Source: Octopus bimaculoides (Eukaryota). From it: 64,000 nucleotides of DNA. The DNA lies in contig NC_068999.1 in assembly GCF_001194135.2 (NCBI RefSeq), positions 47,447,571 through 47,511,570 of the forward strand, in the 5' to 3' direction. Shown piece after piece: positions 28,807-40,402 of this stretch. Numbering within the stretch: the first letter of the stretch is position 1; the number at the start of each line of letters is the position of its first letter. The notes below the pieces were generated by a model that saw only the letters and a list, made by a program, of their open reading frames with translations, was not told the origin of the DNA and did no database searches. The position numbers and the translations under genes were made by a program.

Positions 28807-30324
28807 CTGAAATTATTAAAAAAAGAAAACAATGTTAACATCAAGAAATGTAAATTTTGAATCTTTTTGTTCTAACGGATGATATTGGTTCTAAATCTAT
28901 CGATTGATATCACCGCTAGACATATTGATCTCCTATTAATGGTTGCGTCTTTTACTTCTGATGCACATGAAGTTTCCTGCAACTGTGATGGTTTTGAGAA
29001 TGGAGATCATGTTATGCCACCTGACACCTTTCCACAGGGACCGAATTAACACTACTGGATACATTGAGGCACTGGAAATGGTTGTTAAGCCATAACATGT
29101 TTCAACATGACCAGCACCTTCTCACAAAACCCACAGAACCCAAAAATGGATGTCAGACAATCTTTATGATCATATAACACCAAACTCATGGCCGCCAAAC
29201 TTGCTAAATTGGACCGTTTAGCATTTAAATGTACATATGTCTTCTACTAAAGCCTTGGGCCAACCAAGGATTAGGTAGACAGAAACTGAAAGAAGCCCGT
29301 CATGTATGTATACATATATATTTATATATGTGTTTGTCCCCCCACCATCACTTGACAACCAATGTTGGTGTGCTTACGTCCCCGTAACCTAGTGGTTCAG
29401 CAACAGAGACCGATAGAATAAGTACTAGGCTTACAAAGACTAAGTCCTGGGGTCGATTCGGTCGACTAAAAGGCGCTACTCCAGCATGGCTGCAAGCAAA
29501 TGATTGAAACAAATCAAAAAATAAGAGAATATATACATATATATTTATACAAGGGGTTGCTGAAAAATTCCTGCCTTCGGGTAAAGGAAAGTGAAGGAGT
29601 ATCAGTTAATTATTCAACATCATCCCCTCCTAGATTCACACGTGTATTGCAGTGGTCCTTCAGTTGTTATAAACCCTGTAAAAAAAACTGAGAAAGTTGG
29701 GCCTCCAATCAGGCTTTCCATGATATCCTTAAAGCCAGGGGCTTTTCAGCACCCCATCATATATATATATATATATAATGGAGAAATTATACAAAATGTA
29801 CAAGTGGATTATGAGTAAAGCACCAGCACAGTTTCGATTACCTGTTATTATCCTTAGATTGCAGGAACTTCATAGTGGCAGTTGAGGTAAGAGTATAAAA
29901 TTTCTTTTTTCCATCTATTTCATTAATACTAATATATATATATATATATATAGTATATATACATATGTATATAAAGTTATCTCTATCCTAATTCCTGTTA
30001 CATGTTAAAACTCGCAAGAAATGTCTGAAGTAAAACTTTGTCAAATACACTTACTTCTATAACAATGGTTGGTGGTGGTCTCTGAGCTGGTGGTGGGTAT
30101 GGTTGGGGTGGGTAATATGGTCCATTGTAAGGGTAGGCTCCGGATGGTGGAGGGCCTCCTAAACAAAAAAGCAAAGCAAAAATTGCATGTTATTGATGTA
30201 TCATTTAATAGTTTGGTTTTTTTGCATCGCATTTAGTGGCAGTAAATCATAGTGAAGTCAATTTTGCCCGTCATCATTTAGAATTATCAGAAAAGTACTA
30301 GAACGGATCCCCTCTCTCTCTCTT

Positions 30325-30404
<80 letters not shown>

Positions 30405-31591
30405 TTAAATAATCCTTGATGGGGTTATCTAATATGAGTTGAGAATAATTGTACTTACCTGGATTTCCATATGGATCTATAATGGAAGAAGAAAAATAAA
30501 ATGAAATACATTAGGAGACAAGTATATTCAATATGAGTGAAATAACTATTTATTAATGTTGTTCCAAAAGTAAGAATACTCTATTTTTGATGTCATTAGA
30601 AACATTATAAGGAATTGAGCTGATAATGTTGGTTTCAGTGTTTGATGTTTCATTTAACTTCATATTTTGGTTGAGTCAAACTGATTAAGTGTTGTAACAA
30701 AGTCATAAACTGTATTTGACGGTACATAAGACACTTTTCTTTAAAAAGAAATGAAGTTTTGAAAAAATCATGCTGGGTCCTATATGCAATGTTGGACCTA
30801 TATTATAGACTTCAATGCACCAGAGCCTTTTTTCCCTGAATATGTGCTGTTGAAATTAGGGCACAGTTAATATGCCCATGCATCATTTCTTGACTCAAAC
30901 ATAACAACACTATGAATCATTACAAAAATAGCTGCTATAACAAATTATCACAGAAAATAATATTCTTTTATGTGATCTCGTTATCTTAACATTATCTTAA
31001 TTGCACCACCAAAGGTGTTTTTAACATCTCACCAATTATTATTAGAACCATTCTGCAACTATTCCACAACAATTTCTTCTACTTTTCATCTCCCACCCCT
31101 ACCCAAGTAATTCTCATCAGGAATCTAGATTTCAATCTAGTTTGGGTGATTTGTAGAATTCCTTGATAGAAAACCTTATTATTCTATGTTGAATCAGTTC
31201 TGTAAGATGTTTAGGTCAATACTCAGAATTTCCTCTATCAGGTTATCAGGGCAGATCACCTTATTGATTGATCTCTTTATCTCTTATCTTTTAACTGATT
31301 TCATAATTACATCAATAGATGAAGTAATTGAAAGATGTATGGATTTGTAAACATGTTTATCAGTCAACGTATTTATCAGTAAACAGGTTTATCTGCTGTA
31401 TTTATACATTTTTGTATTCTATGAAGACAGACTTCAGACTTTGCTTTCTTCGAGTTTCAATGGTTTATCTTTTGTCTTTTGTTGGTGCAACTAAACTGAT
31501 TGAATTGTGACCTTACTGAAAGCTAGACACAATTACTTTTGGTATCTGTAGAAGTACACATAAATACATACATACATAGGTACACACATGC

Positions 31592-31622
<31 letters not shown>

Positions 31623-31918
31623 CACACACACATATCTATGTATGTATGTATTAATGCATGTGTGCCTGTGCTTGTGTGTATGTGTGTATATATGTACACA
31701 GCTATAAATGTAGGTTTGGTGGAAAATATGCTTTACACACACAAACACAAACATACAGTCAATGCATACATAGCATATATACATTTTTCTTTACCACTCA
31801 TCGTTTCGGGGTTGATAAATTAAGTACCAGTTGCGTACTGAGGTCGATTTAATCAACTAGCCCCCTCCCCCTGAAAAAATTTCGAGCCTTGTGCCTAGAG
31901 TAGAAAAGAATATATATA

Positions 31919-31949
<31 letters not shown>

Positions 31950-34688
31950 GCAGGCAAGAAGGTAGGTAGGCTGGTAAGCTGACAAACAGACAACTAGACA
32001 CACAGACTGACTGACAGACGATCACTCTCTGCACCCAATTCTTCCATCCCATATCAGAATGACTATCAAATAATATGGCATTTATCTACAACATACTTTT
32101 TATCTTCCATTCTGTCGCTGCTAAGAACTGATAGTAAATTGCTCCGACTATGTCTCTGCAAACACATTTCCAAACGATAAAGAACTCCCAGCAGTACATG
32201 TGCCCTCACAGTCTAAGATAACTATATCTCAGTGACTTTACAGACAAAGTATGTATGTATACATGCATTGTTTGTATGTGTTGTTTGTATGTATGTATGT
32301 CATTGTTCAGTTTTATTTCAAGATTTCTTGCCAATAGAGAAAGATCTGGTTTCTAACCTAAACCCAAGGCTCCTTCATTGGAATTTCAACATCAATAACA
32401 GGGTATTTTTGTATGTATGAATGTATGCATGTGTGCAGATTTGTATGTTTAGTTTTATGTGTGTATTCTCATGCATGTAGTTGCATATCTAGACATACTC
32501 AGATATACTTAAATGATAAATTTTTGGGAAGTCTTACAGATTTTTAAAGTTCCAGTGATGTATGCATGAATGACTGTATGTACATCTACATGCACCACAA
32601 GGAATTGTGTCTAATGTTTATCATACTCTTAACATCCACTTTCCCATGCTTGCATGGGTTGGATAGGAATTTGTTGGGGTGGCTTCTCAATAGCAAACTG
32701 CCCTTCACCTGTTTCCAAGTGAGGCAATGTTTCTCCATGACCAGATATGTTTTTTTTTATAGAAGATTGGGAGTGAAGGACACTGCTTATTTGATGGTGA
32801 CATTCGCTTACATTTGTACAATGTCAAGTCGAGGAGTCAATTAAACACATACACACACACCCACACACACACACGCATGTATATTAAGCTAACTAATGGC
32901 TACTTTTGTTTTTCAACACATTACATGCAAACAAATGCATTAACAAGGTACCATGTAGTGAGATTGAAAGCAGAACCTTGAGGTTCTGATGCAAACTTCT
33001 TACCACACTCAGCTAGGACTAATTTTATCAGCCCTTAAAGGCTGAAAGGTGAAACTTCAGTCAGTCCTGCTTATACAGAAATATGGCATGAAGATAGAGA
33101 ATCAAATGTTGAAGTCTGAACCCATAGATCTAACGTACCGATGACATAAAGTTAGTTATTCAAACGGTGAGATGTGATCCACAGGTCTACTACCCTGAAG
33201 ATTCCAGACCTTTAACTAAAATCTCCTACATTTCTAATGATTTTATAACAAACATTTTAGAAAAAATATTATTTGACGCTTTCATAGAAATAACCATTTC
33301 TGTTATAGACAACAATACCTGAAATTTTAGGGGAGCATTTCATCAATTACATTGAACCCAGGGCTCGACTGGTACTTATTTCATCGACCCTGAAAGGACG
33401 AAGGACTAAGTCATCCTTAGCGGAATTTGAACTCAGAATGTATAGTTGGAATAAATCCCGCCAAGCATTTTGTCCGACATGCTAATGATTCTGCTAGCTT
33501 GCCTTAGTTTTCATAGAAATAATGAACAATAGCATAAAATCAGAATTTGTTTCTTAGAATAATGATGAGAAAGTTTGGTAAAAGTGACCAATACTTCTCT
33601 ATCTCCAATGTCCCCTGAGTGTATGTCTCAACATATATTCTCCATCGTCTTTCTTACTAATCTCTCTCTTATTTTACATCTGGGGTACTCAAAGGTGCAG
33701 GAGTGGCTGTGTGGTAAGAAGCTTGTGGTGGCGAGCTGGCAAAAACGTTAGCACGCCGGGCGAAATGCTTAGCGGTATTTCGCCTGCGTTCTGAGTTCCG
33801 AGTTCAAATTCTGCCGATGTCGACTTAGCCTTTCATCCTTTCGGGGTCGATTAAATAAGTACCAGTTACGCACTGGGATCGATGTAATCGACTTAATCCG
33901 TTTGTCTGTCCTTGTTTGTCCCCTCTNNNNNNNNNNNNNNNNNNNNNNNNNNNNNNNNNNNNNNNNNNNNNNNNNNNNNNNNNNNNNNNNNNNNNNNNNN
34001 NNNNNNNNNNNNNNNNNNNNNNNNNNNNNNNNNNNNNNNNNNNNNNNNNNNNNNNNNNNNNNNNNNNNNNNNNNNNNNNNNNNNNNNNNNNNNNNNNNNN
34101 NNNNNNNNNNNNNNNNNNNNNNNNNNNNNNNNNNNNNNNNNNNNNNNNNNNNNNNNNNNNNNNNNNNNNNNNNNNNNNNNNNNNNNNNNNNNNNNNNNNN
34201 NNNNNNNNNNNNNNNNNNNNNNNNNNNNNNNNNNNNNNNNNNNNNNNNNNNNNNNNNNNNNNNNNNNNNNNNNNNNNNNNNNNNNNNNNNNNNNNNNNNN
34301 NNNNNNNNNNNNNNNNNNNNNNNNNNNNNNNNNNNNNNNNNNNNNNNNNNNNNNNNNNNNNNNNNNNNNNNNNNNNNNNNNNNNNNNNNNNNNNNNNNNN
34401 NNNNNNNNNNNNNNNNNNNNNNNNNNNNNNNNNNNNNNNNNNNNNNNNNNNNNNNNNNNNNNNNNNNNNNNNNNNNNNNNNNNNNNNNNNNNNNNNNNNN
34501 NNNNNNNNNNNNNNNNNNNNNNNNNNNNNNNNNNNNNNNNACTAGGCTTCCAAAGAATAAGTCCCGGGGTCGATTTGCTTGACTAAAGGCGGTGCCCCAG
34601 CATGGCTGCAGTCAAATGACTGAAACAAGTAAAAGAGATAAAAGAGGTTTTTTTTAAAAATGAATTTTTACTTACTATAAGGATTCAT
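28624..34688 (-). CDS. Uncharacterised 105-aa Pro/Tyr/Gly-rich plus His-rich protein (4 coding exons)
   Basis: join(complement 34676-34688, 30459-30476, 30055-30158, 28624-28806). All three donors are GTAAGT and all acceptors are pyrimidine/T-rich tract plus AG. Phases 1,1,0 join into one frame of 318 nt: MNPYNPYGNPGGPPPSGAYPYNGPYYPPQPYPPPAQRPPPTIVIEEHHEGVGGAIKHAVHDMVFGHDHHHGGHHGHHVHYDHHGHHGHHGHHDHHHHDYHHHDHC*. Confidence 0.85.
28961..29205 (+). mobile_element. Degenerate Tc1/mariner-superfamily transposase fragment (catalytic domain)
   Basis: Frameshifted MHMKFPATVMVL..GDHVMPPDTFPQG..INTTGYIEALEMVVKP..FQHD..APSHKTHRTQKWMSDNLYDHITPNSWPPN. Confidence 0.7.
29550..29759. mobile_element. Mariner-type MITE (~210 bp)
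   Basis: ta|caaggggttgctgaaaaattcctg ... ccaggggcttttcagcacccc..|ta; imperfect TIRs flanked by TA. Confidence 0.55.
30055..30158 (-). CDS. His-rich gene exon 3 (GGPPPSGAYPY...PPPTIVIE)
   Basis: gcttttttgtttag|...atagaa|gtaagt, 104 nt. Confidence 0.88.
30310..30402. repeat. (CT)n microsatellite
   Basis: Long CT/TC run in intron 2 of the His-rich gene. Confidence 0.95.
30459..30476 (-). CDS. His-rich gene exon 2, 18-nt microexon (NPYGNP)
   Basis: ttttcttcttccattatag|ATCCATATGGAAATCCAG|gtaagt. Confidence 0.8.
33696..34645 (+). mobile_element. SINE family A interrupted by SINE family B (nested), spanning an N-gap
   Basis: Family A head (33696-33724), family B (33727-33926), gap, then family A tail (34541-34645). 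Confidence 0.65.
34676..34688 (-). CDS. His-rich gene exon 1 coding part (MNPY+a)
   Basis: aaatcATGAATCCTTATA|gtaagt on the minus strand. Confidence 0.75.
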
Positions 34689-34728
34689 GATTTTCTGATT
34701 TAACACCAAATACTCTTGCCGCTTGCCA

Positions 34729-34767
34729 AACTGATTTAATCACTTGTTTGAAAATGGTTCTTATATA
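34729..34767 (-). promoter_or_regulatory. Candidate TATA box plus initiator for the His-rich gene
   Basis: Minus-strand TATATAAG (34767-34760) lies about 30-35 nt upstream of TCAGTT (34734-34729); the ATG follows 44 nt after the Inr A. Confidence 0.55.
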
Positions 34768-35213
34768 TGCACGGACACACGCACATACACACTCACATTT
34801 GTGTATGATTATGTGTGTATCTATGTAAGTATACGCATGTATATATATATGTGCAGGTGTGAGTGAATGAGTGTGTGTATGTGTGTGTAGAACAGTGTGG
34901 GCAGGGACTTGAAGGTTTTTTCTATAAATAAATAATAAAGTCATGTGATTTGTTTTAAGAAGACTTTGGAGTTATGACCTCATTGTGTTCTCTTAATGAA
35001 TCATTATAATAGATTAATAACCTACCAAAGTGAAAGTTTTTAGATCTAAAATCTTATCAACAACACTTGAATATATTTGTTCTCCTATTTTGAAGCTGTG
35101 ACCTTCTCACAATAATATTTCATCAGAAAGAAAAAGAAAGAAAAAGCAGTCTTATTTATTAGTTGTCATCATTACTTATGTAAATTCATTAAGTTGTAAT
35201 ATAAATATAACAT

Positions 35214-35263
<50 letters not shown>

Positions 35264-35267
35264 TAAT

Positions 35268-35486
35268 TAAGGGATCAGCAAATATTTGCTTCACCAAATA
35301 CCGATGACTGAACACTATTCAATTTTTTTTCTCCGTGTTTTTCTCCTTGTCTCCGTATTCTTTCTGTTGAAGAGCGTAGCTCGAAACGTCAAAGACTTTC
35401 CGTATTCCCGAGCGTCATACTAATATATACTTTTGTTATTTACACCACCTGTCCTCGTCTGTTGTTATTATTTGTATATTCTCCCA
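35268..35486 (+). mobile_element. Penelope-like element fragment carrying a minimal hammerhead motif
   Basis: tcttt-CTGTTGA-a-GAGC-gta-GCTC-GAAAC-GTC-aaaga at 35359-35395. Confidence 0.55.
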
Positions 35487-35819
35487 TATATGAATACACA
35501 TATATATATGTATGGATATATATATATTGTGTGTGTGTGTGTATATATATATATAAATATATATATATATGTATATATACACATACGAACCTCCACCAAC
35601 TATTCTGTGTATACAACCACCATATATACATATTTATGTAAATATATATAGATGTTGGTTTGTTTATGTCTCTGTAAGTTAGCGGGGTTTTTTTTTAACT
35701 CTAGCAGTGCCAAGAGATTTGAAGTAAGGGGTGAGGAGGAATCTACATCAAGACTGTTATAGGGACTTGGTCAGGTGATTAGATATGGGAAGTTTTTTTT
35801 GTGTCAATGAGGAGCTAGA

Positions 35820-36316
35820 ATATTTATTTCTTTATTGCTAAACCTAGAGGGGACAAACAAGGATAGATAAAGGGATTAAGTCGGTTACATTGACACCAGT
35901 GCATAACTGGTACTTATTTAATCGACCCCAAAAGGATGAAAGGCAAAGTCGACCTCGGTAGAATTTGAACTCAGAACATAAAGATAGATGAAATACCGTT
36001 AAGCATTTCGCCTGGCGTGCTAACGTTTCTTATTTCTTTATTGTCCACAAGGGGCTAAACATAGAGGGGACAAACAAAGGGATTAAGTCGATTACATTGA
36101 TACCAGTGCGTAANNNNNNNNNNTAGAGGGGACAAACAAAGGGATTAAGTCGATTACATTGATACCAGTGCGTAACTGGTACTTAATTTATCGACCCCGA
36201 AAGGATGAAAGGCAAAGTCGACCTCGACAGAATTTGAACTCAGAACGTCACAGCAGACGAAATACCGCCAAGCATTTCGCTTGGCATGCTAACGTTTCTG
36301 CCAGTTTGCCGCCTTG
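35820..36316 (-). mobile_element. SINE family B copies (the duplication across the 10-N gap is probably partly artefactual)
   Basis: Same body as 3867-4095. Confidence 0.75.
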
Positions 36317-39300
36317 AACAGCAGAAATATTGATGGCGTTTTGACTTTTGTATTTATGTAAATGAAAATAATTGAAATTAGATTACAGAAGATTCATTGT
36401 AAATGGGAAGTAATTATTTCTACACACACACACACACATTCTCTCTCTTTTTATTTTGTTTCACACACACACTTGCCCTTTCACACACACACACTTGCCC
36501 TTTCACACACACACTCTTTCTCTCTCACACACACACACTCTGTCTCTCTCTCACACACACTCTTTCTCATACACACATACATGCACACACACACACTCAC
36601 GCATGCACACACACTCACACTTTCTCTCTCTCTCACACACACACACACTCTATCTTTCTCTCTCTCTCTCTCTCACACACATACACACCATTAGATTTAT
36701 GCTGTAATTAATTGTCTGGAGTGAATAATTAAAAACATATTGATGACTTTGCAGAAACAGTTAAAACATTTCAGCTCTTAGTTATTTTTTTCTAATTAAA
36801 ACTTCCGAATAACATAGGCTGTATGGTGTTGCTGATTTGCCCAGTACACATTGAAGAGGTTGTAGAGAGACTGTGACAAAAAACTTGTTTGAGAAAAGAA
36901 GAAAAGTGAGTTTTTAGGATTTATTGATCTTTCTATCTTTTTTATTTGGTTCATTTACCATAATGACTCTTCCAAAATAAGACTATGTTAGTTTCTGATC
37001 AAAATACTTGAAAAACGAATTCAAAAATGGAAAGACCACAAATTTTAGCCAAGCTAGCGGGAAACTGGGAAACGGTTTGTTTAAAAGAAGAAAAGGAAAA
37101 AAGAAAAAGGTGACTTTATAAAACAACAAGAACATCAATAACAAGAAGATCAATAACGACAACAACAACAAAAATTTGCCTGAAGGAAAGGGAGATGAAA
37201 TTATTGTGACTGACAATACACTGTCATAAATTTAAAACACAGATAGGAAAACTGAAAGTAGTAGGAGCCTACAGAGATGTACAACTAGACTCAGTGGAAA
37301 CATCTGTTTTGACACTAGCACTAGCATATATGCCTTATACAAGATCAATAATATTGAATGTCAACTTGAATTTGAGAAAAACCCCACACAAATTAGATTG
37401 GAATTAAAGAATGATAGCAACAACAACAAAATTAACAATTAAATCTCCCCTGGGAATTGGGATAGTGGTAGCAATTGTAGCTTGATTACAAATACTGATA
37501 ATGGCAGTAATAATGAACCACAACATTCCGTTTACAACAGTTTTTGGCAAATTGTATGATACGACACACACATATATCCCCATGGAAATGAAACAGATGC
37601 AACGTCTGTACTGGCTGAAGTGTGAAACTTAATCCTTTGAATGCAGAAATGTGATACATATACACTCAAAATTTTATTATTGCTAACTGTGGAAAGCGGT
37701 TTTATTCAGTTTTAGAAAAAAACAAAAAAATAAATAAATAAATAAATAAAGAAAGAAAGAAACCCAACTCTTCTTATGCTGTGAAAAATAGAGACACCCA
37801 CAATGACACATTTTACAAAAGACAAGTAGAGGGTGCTTTTCATGCATCACCGGCATGGGAACCAGTCAGGCGGCACTGGCATCGACTCACACTCGAATGG
37901 TGCCACACTCGAGTGGGATGGTGTAGAAGATGTTGAAATAGGCATGTGGACAACATCAAAGTAAAACAATGGGAAAGCATTGGATTGTGGTTTAAATAAT
38001 TAATTTAATTGACACTTGCATTTATTTTTTATATACACCAAAGTTTCACTACATGACATTACCAACTTGGTGAAGAAGAAAATAAACAGGGGAAATACTG
38101 TGTTGATGTGATGAGAAGGTAGAACCGGGCATGTTTTGTGTCTGTGTGTGCGTTGGTCATTCAGTGGTGTCTGTTTATGTTCTGTGACTGCTACTGTGTT
38201 GGGTCGTTCATGCTGAATATGTGGTTCTATGTTGGCTGCTTGACTGGTGCAAGTTACTGGCTGGCTGTCTCCTGGTGATGGCTATCTGCTGTTCCTTGAC
38301 GGATTGCTGTATTTATAATGGTCATAACAGCTAGAAGGACAGACATACTATAGGAGTAATTTCTTCCTATGTAGGTCGCCTCCTGTCCACTTGAACCTTA
38401 AATGANNNNNNNNNNNNNNNNNNNNNNNNNNNNNNNNNNNNNNNNNNNNNNNNNNNNNNNNNNNNNNNNNNNNNNNNNNNNNNNNNNNNNNNNNNNNNNN
38501 NNNNNNNNNNNNNNNNNNNNNNNNNNNNNNNNNNNNNNNNNNNNNNNNNNNNNNNNNNNNNNNNNNNNNNNNNNNNNNNNNNNNNNNNNNNNNNNNNNNN
38601 NNNNNNNNNNNNNNNNNNNNNNNNNNNNNNNNNNNNNNNNNNNNNNAAGCAACGTTTTTGTATGATGGGGTTTTACAAATACTTTTTATTACAAAGATCT
38701 TTCCTAATTACTTCATGTTACTGACTCATATTAACAAATTAATAGGAAATAAATGAAGAGAGAAATGTTTTAAGAATAAACGAACTAGTAATTTTTTTTT
38801 TTTGGTTATTGTGACAAGTCATAACAGAGCTAATGAAAAATGTTTAATGAACCGTTATAATGATTTGTTGTATGAACGGATAATGATTATATTTCGTTAG
38901 AAAGGCGGACTTAATTAAAATTTGTAATTAGTAAGTATAGTTAAACAAGGCTTTGTAAGGTATACATCTCGTCAGATATATTTCAAGCAACCGATGTGCA
39001 TATATAATGGTGTGTTTTTCTATGCATATTAATTAACTTCCATGTATTGTATATTAATAAAACATAAAGAAAGATTGTTTTCCTAATGTGCATTTGTCAA
39101 AATGTGTGACACAAGATGTGCTCTGATTATCAGTGAAGAAACAATAGCTGTTACAAGTGTCAGACCACTTACATGGCTCAAGTGACCATGTAAGTGGTCT
39201 GATTTGTTGAAAATAGCCACTCACTTAGCGTTTCTAAGTGTTTATTGCTACGTCTGCAACAATAACTACTTCTAAGTGGTTGGACAGCTTTAACTAATGT

Positions 39301-40178
39301 TGCAGAAATATACGGTGACTTCAGAACTTTCGATTTGTATTGAAGTAAGTTAAGCGTAAAGTGGGGGAATTTTTTTTTTTATGATGATTTCCTATTTCGT
39401 ATTAATAATAAATAATACATATCAGTATATTGTCAGATTTTAATTTTTTCATGTTGATCTTGAGCATATTATTGAATAATTAAATAAAACAAAGCACTAT
39501 GGACTTCTTTTCTTTCTGAATCAAAAAAGCTTTTTTCGTTACTTAATTAAAAATAATCATAACTTCGAAAGTGTATCTAAAATTTCATTAAAAAATACGC
39601 ATTATTAAGAAAATTATAAGGAAACGAAGTCGAAGCGGGGCACGAAAGTGTAGTTATGTCTACAAATAACGTTCTCAGTTACGAACTGTGTGGCCTGGTG
39701 GACAACAGCCTTTGGTTTAGAATACAATATTACTATTTCGAATCTAGCCTGGAACCATGTATACATCCACGAATAAAATATCAGATAACGATCGAAGAGT
39801 TAACTGATTTAAATCTCAAGTAGGTGTTAGTATATATAATCTAAGGACTATCAAGTTGCGACACTTATAATCTCATTGAGTTTCCAATCCTCTTTTCCAT
39901 TATTGCTTGTTGACGACCACCAACCAAATTAATTTAAGCGAATGACTTAGAAATCAACATCCATATTTCCCACCATTAACGGTTTGTAGCAGACAACATG
40001 AAGCGACATCCAGTTTTCGATATTCTACGCCGCCGCCCGCCGACACTATTCAATAAATGTTGCATACAAAAATTCTTGGTTTTCTTATCAATTTCTGGAT
40101 ATCGAACAGTAAAATACACACATACATACATAAGAACAGACGTCTCGATTTATTGTGGCCTCAAATGAAGCAAAGTTT

Positions 40179-40402
40179 GGTGCCACTTTAACATAAGGTC
40201 TGCTTGGCCATCTGTACTTTAGCGTGCAATCTAATCCTAACTCTAAACTCTATCACCTAACCCTAATGGTAAACCTTAACCGTAACTCTAACCTTAACCC
40301 AAATCCTTACCTAACTCTAAACCTAAACTGAAACCCAGATCAAGTCCTTTCACAAGGTAAGACTACGGATACAGCAGTAGACTGCTCGTTAAAGTAGCAC
40401 CC
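40179..40402. mobile_element. Second copy of the telomere-like-array element
   Basis: ggtgccacttt...actttagcgtgcaatct (CCTAA-like)n ...agactgctcgttaaagt. Confidence 0.55.

Noticed and set aside
28551-28860. ORF-track proteins 28551-28844(-, Met/Thr-rich), 28566-28778(+, GHGD-rich) and 28630-28860(+)
   Set aside because: These are shadow frames of the CAT/CAC/GGT-periodic His exon. Only the EHHEG frame has an acceptor that is phase-compatible with the upstream spliced exons.
29842-29873. Possible alternative start exon MKFLQSKDNNR with donor ag|gtaatc (minus strand)
   Set aside because: It has no acceptor or promoter signal, and phase 2 would put the His exon in the implausible Met/Thr frame.
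36062-36172. Duplicated SINE segment on either side of a 10-N gap
   Set aside because: Likely an unmerged contig overlap, not a true tandem duplication.
36960-37450. Purine-rich stretch with short charged open frames
   Set aside because: Frequent stops, no recognisable motif and no splice pattern.
38060-38317. Minus-strand TATAAATA (38317-38310) with a downstream gtaatg donor-like site; possible promoter or LTR
   Set aside because: No convincing ORF, second LTR or linked exon, and the adjacent gap prevents evaluation.
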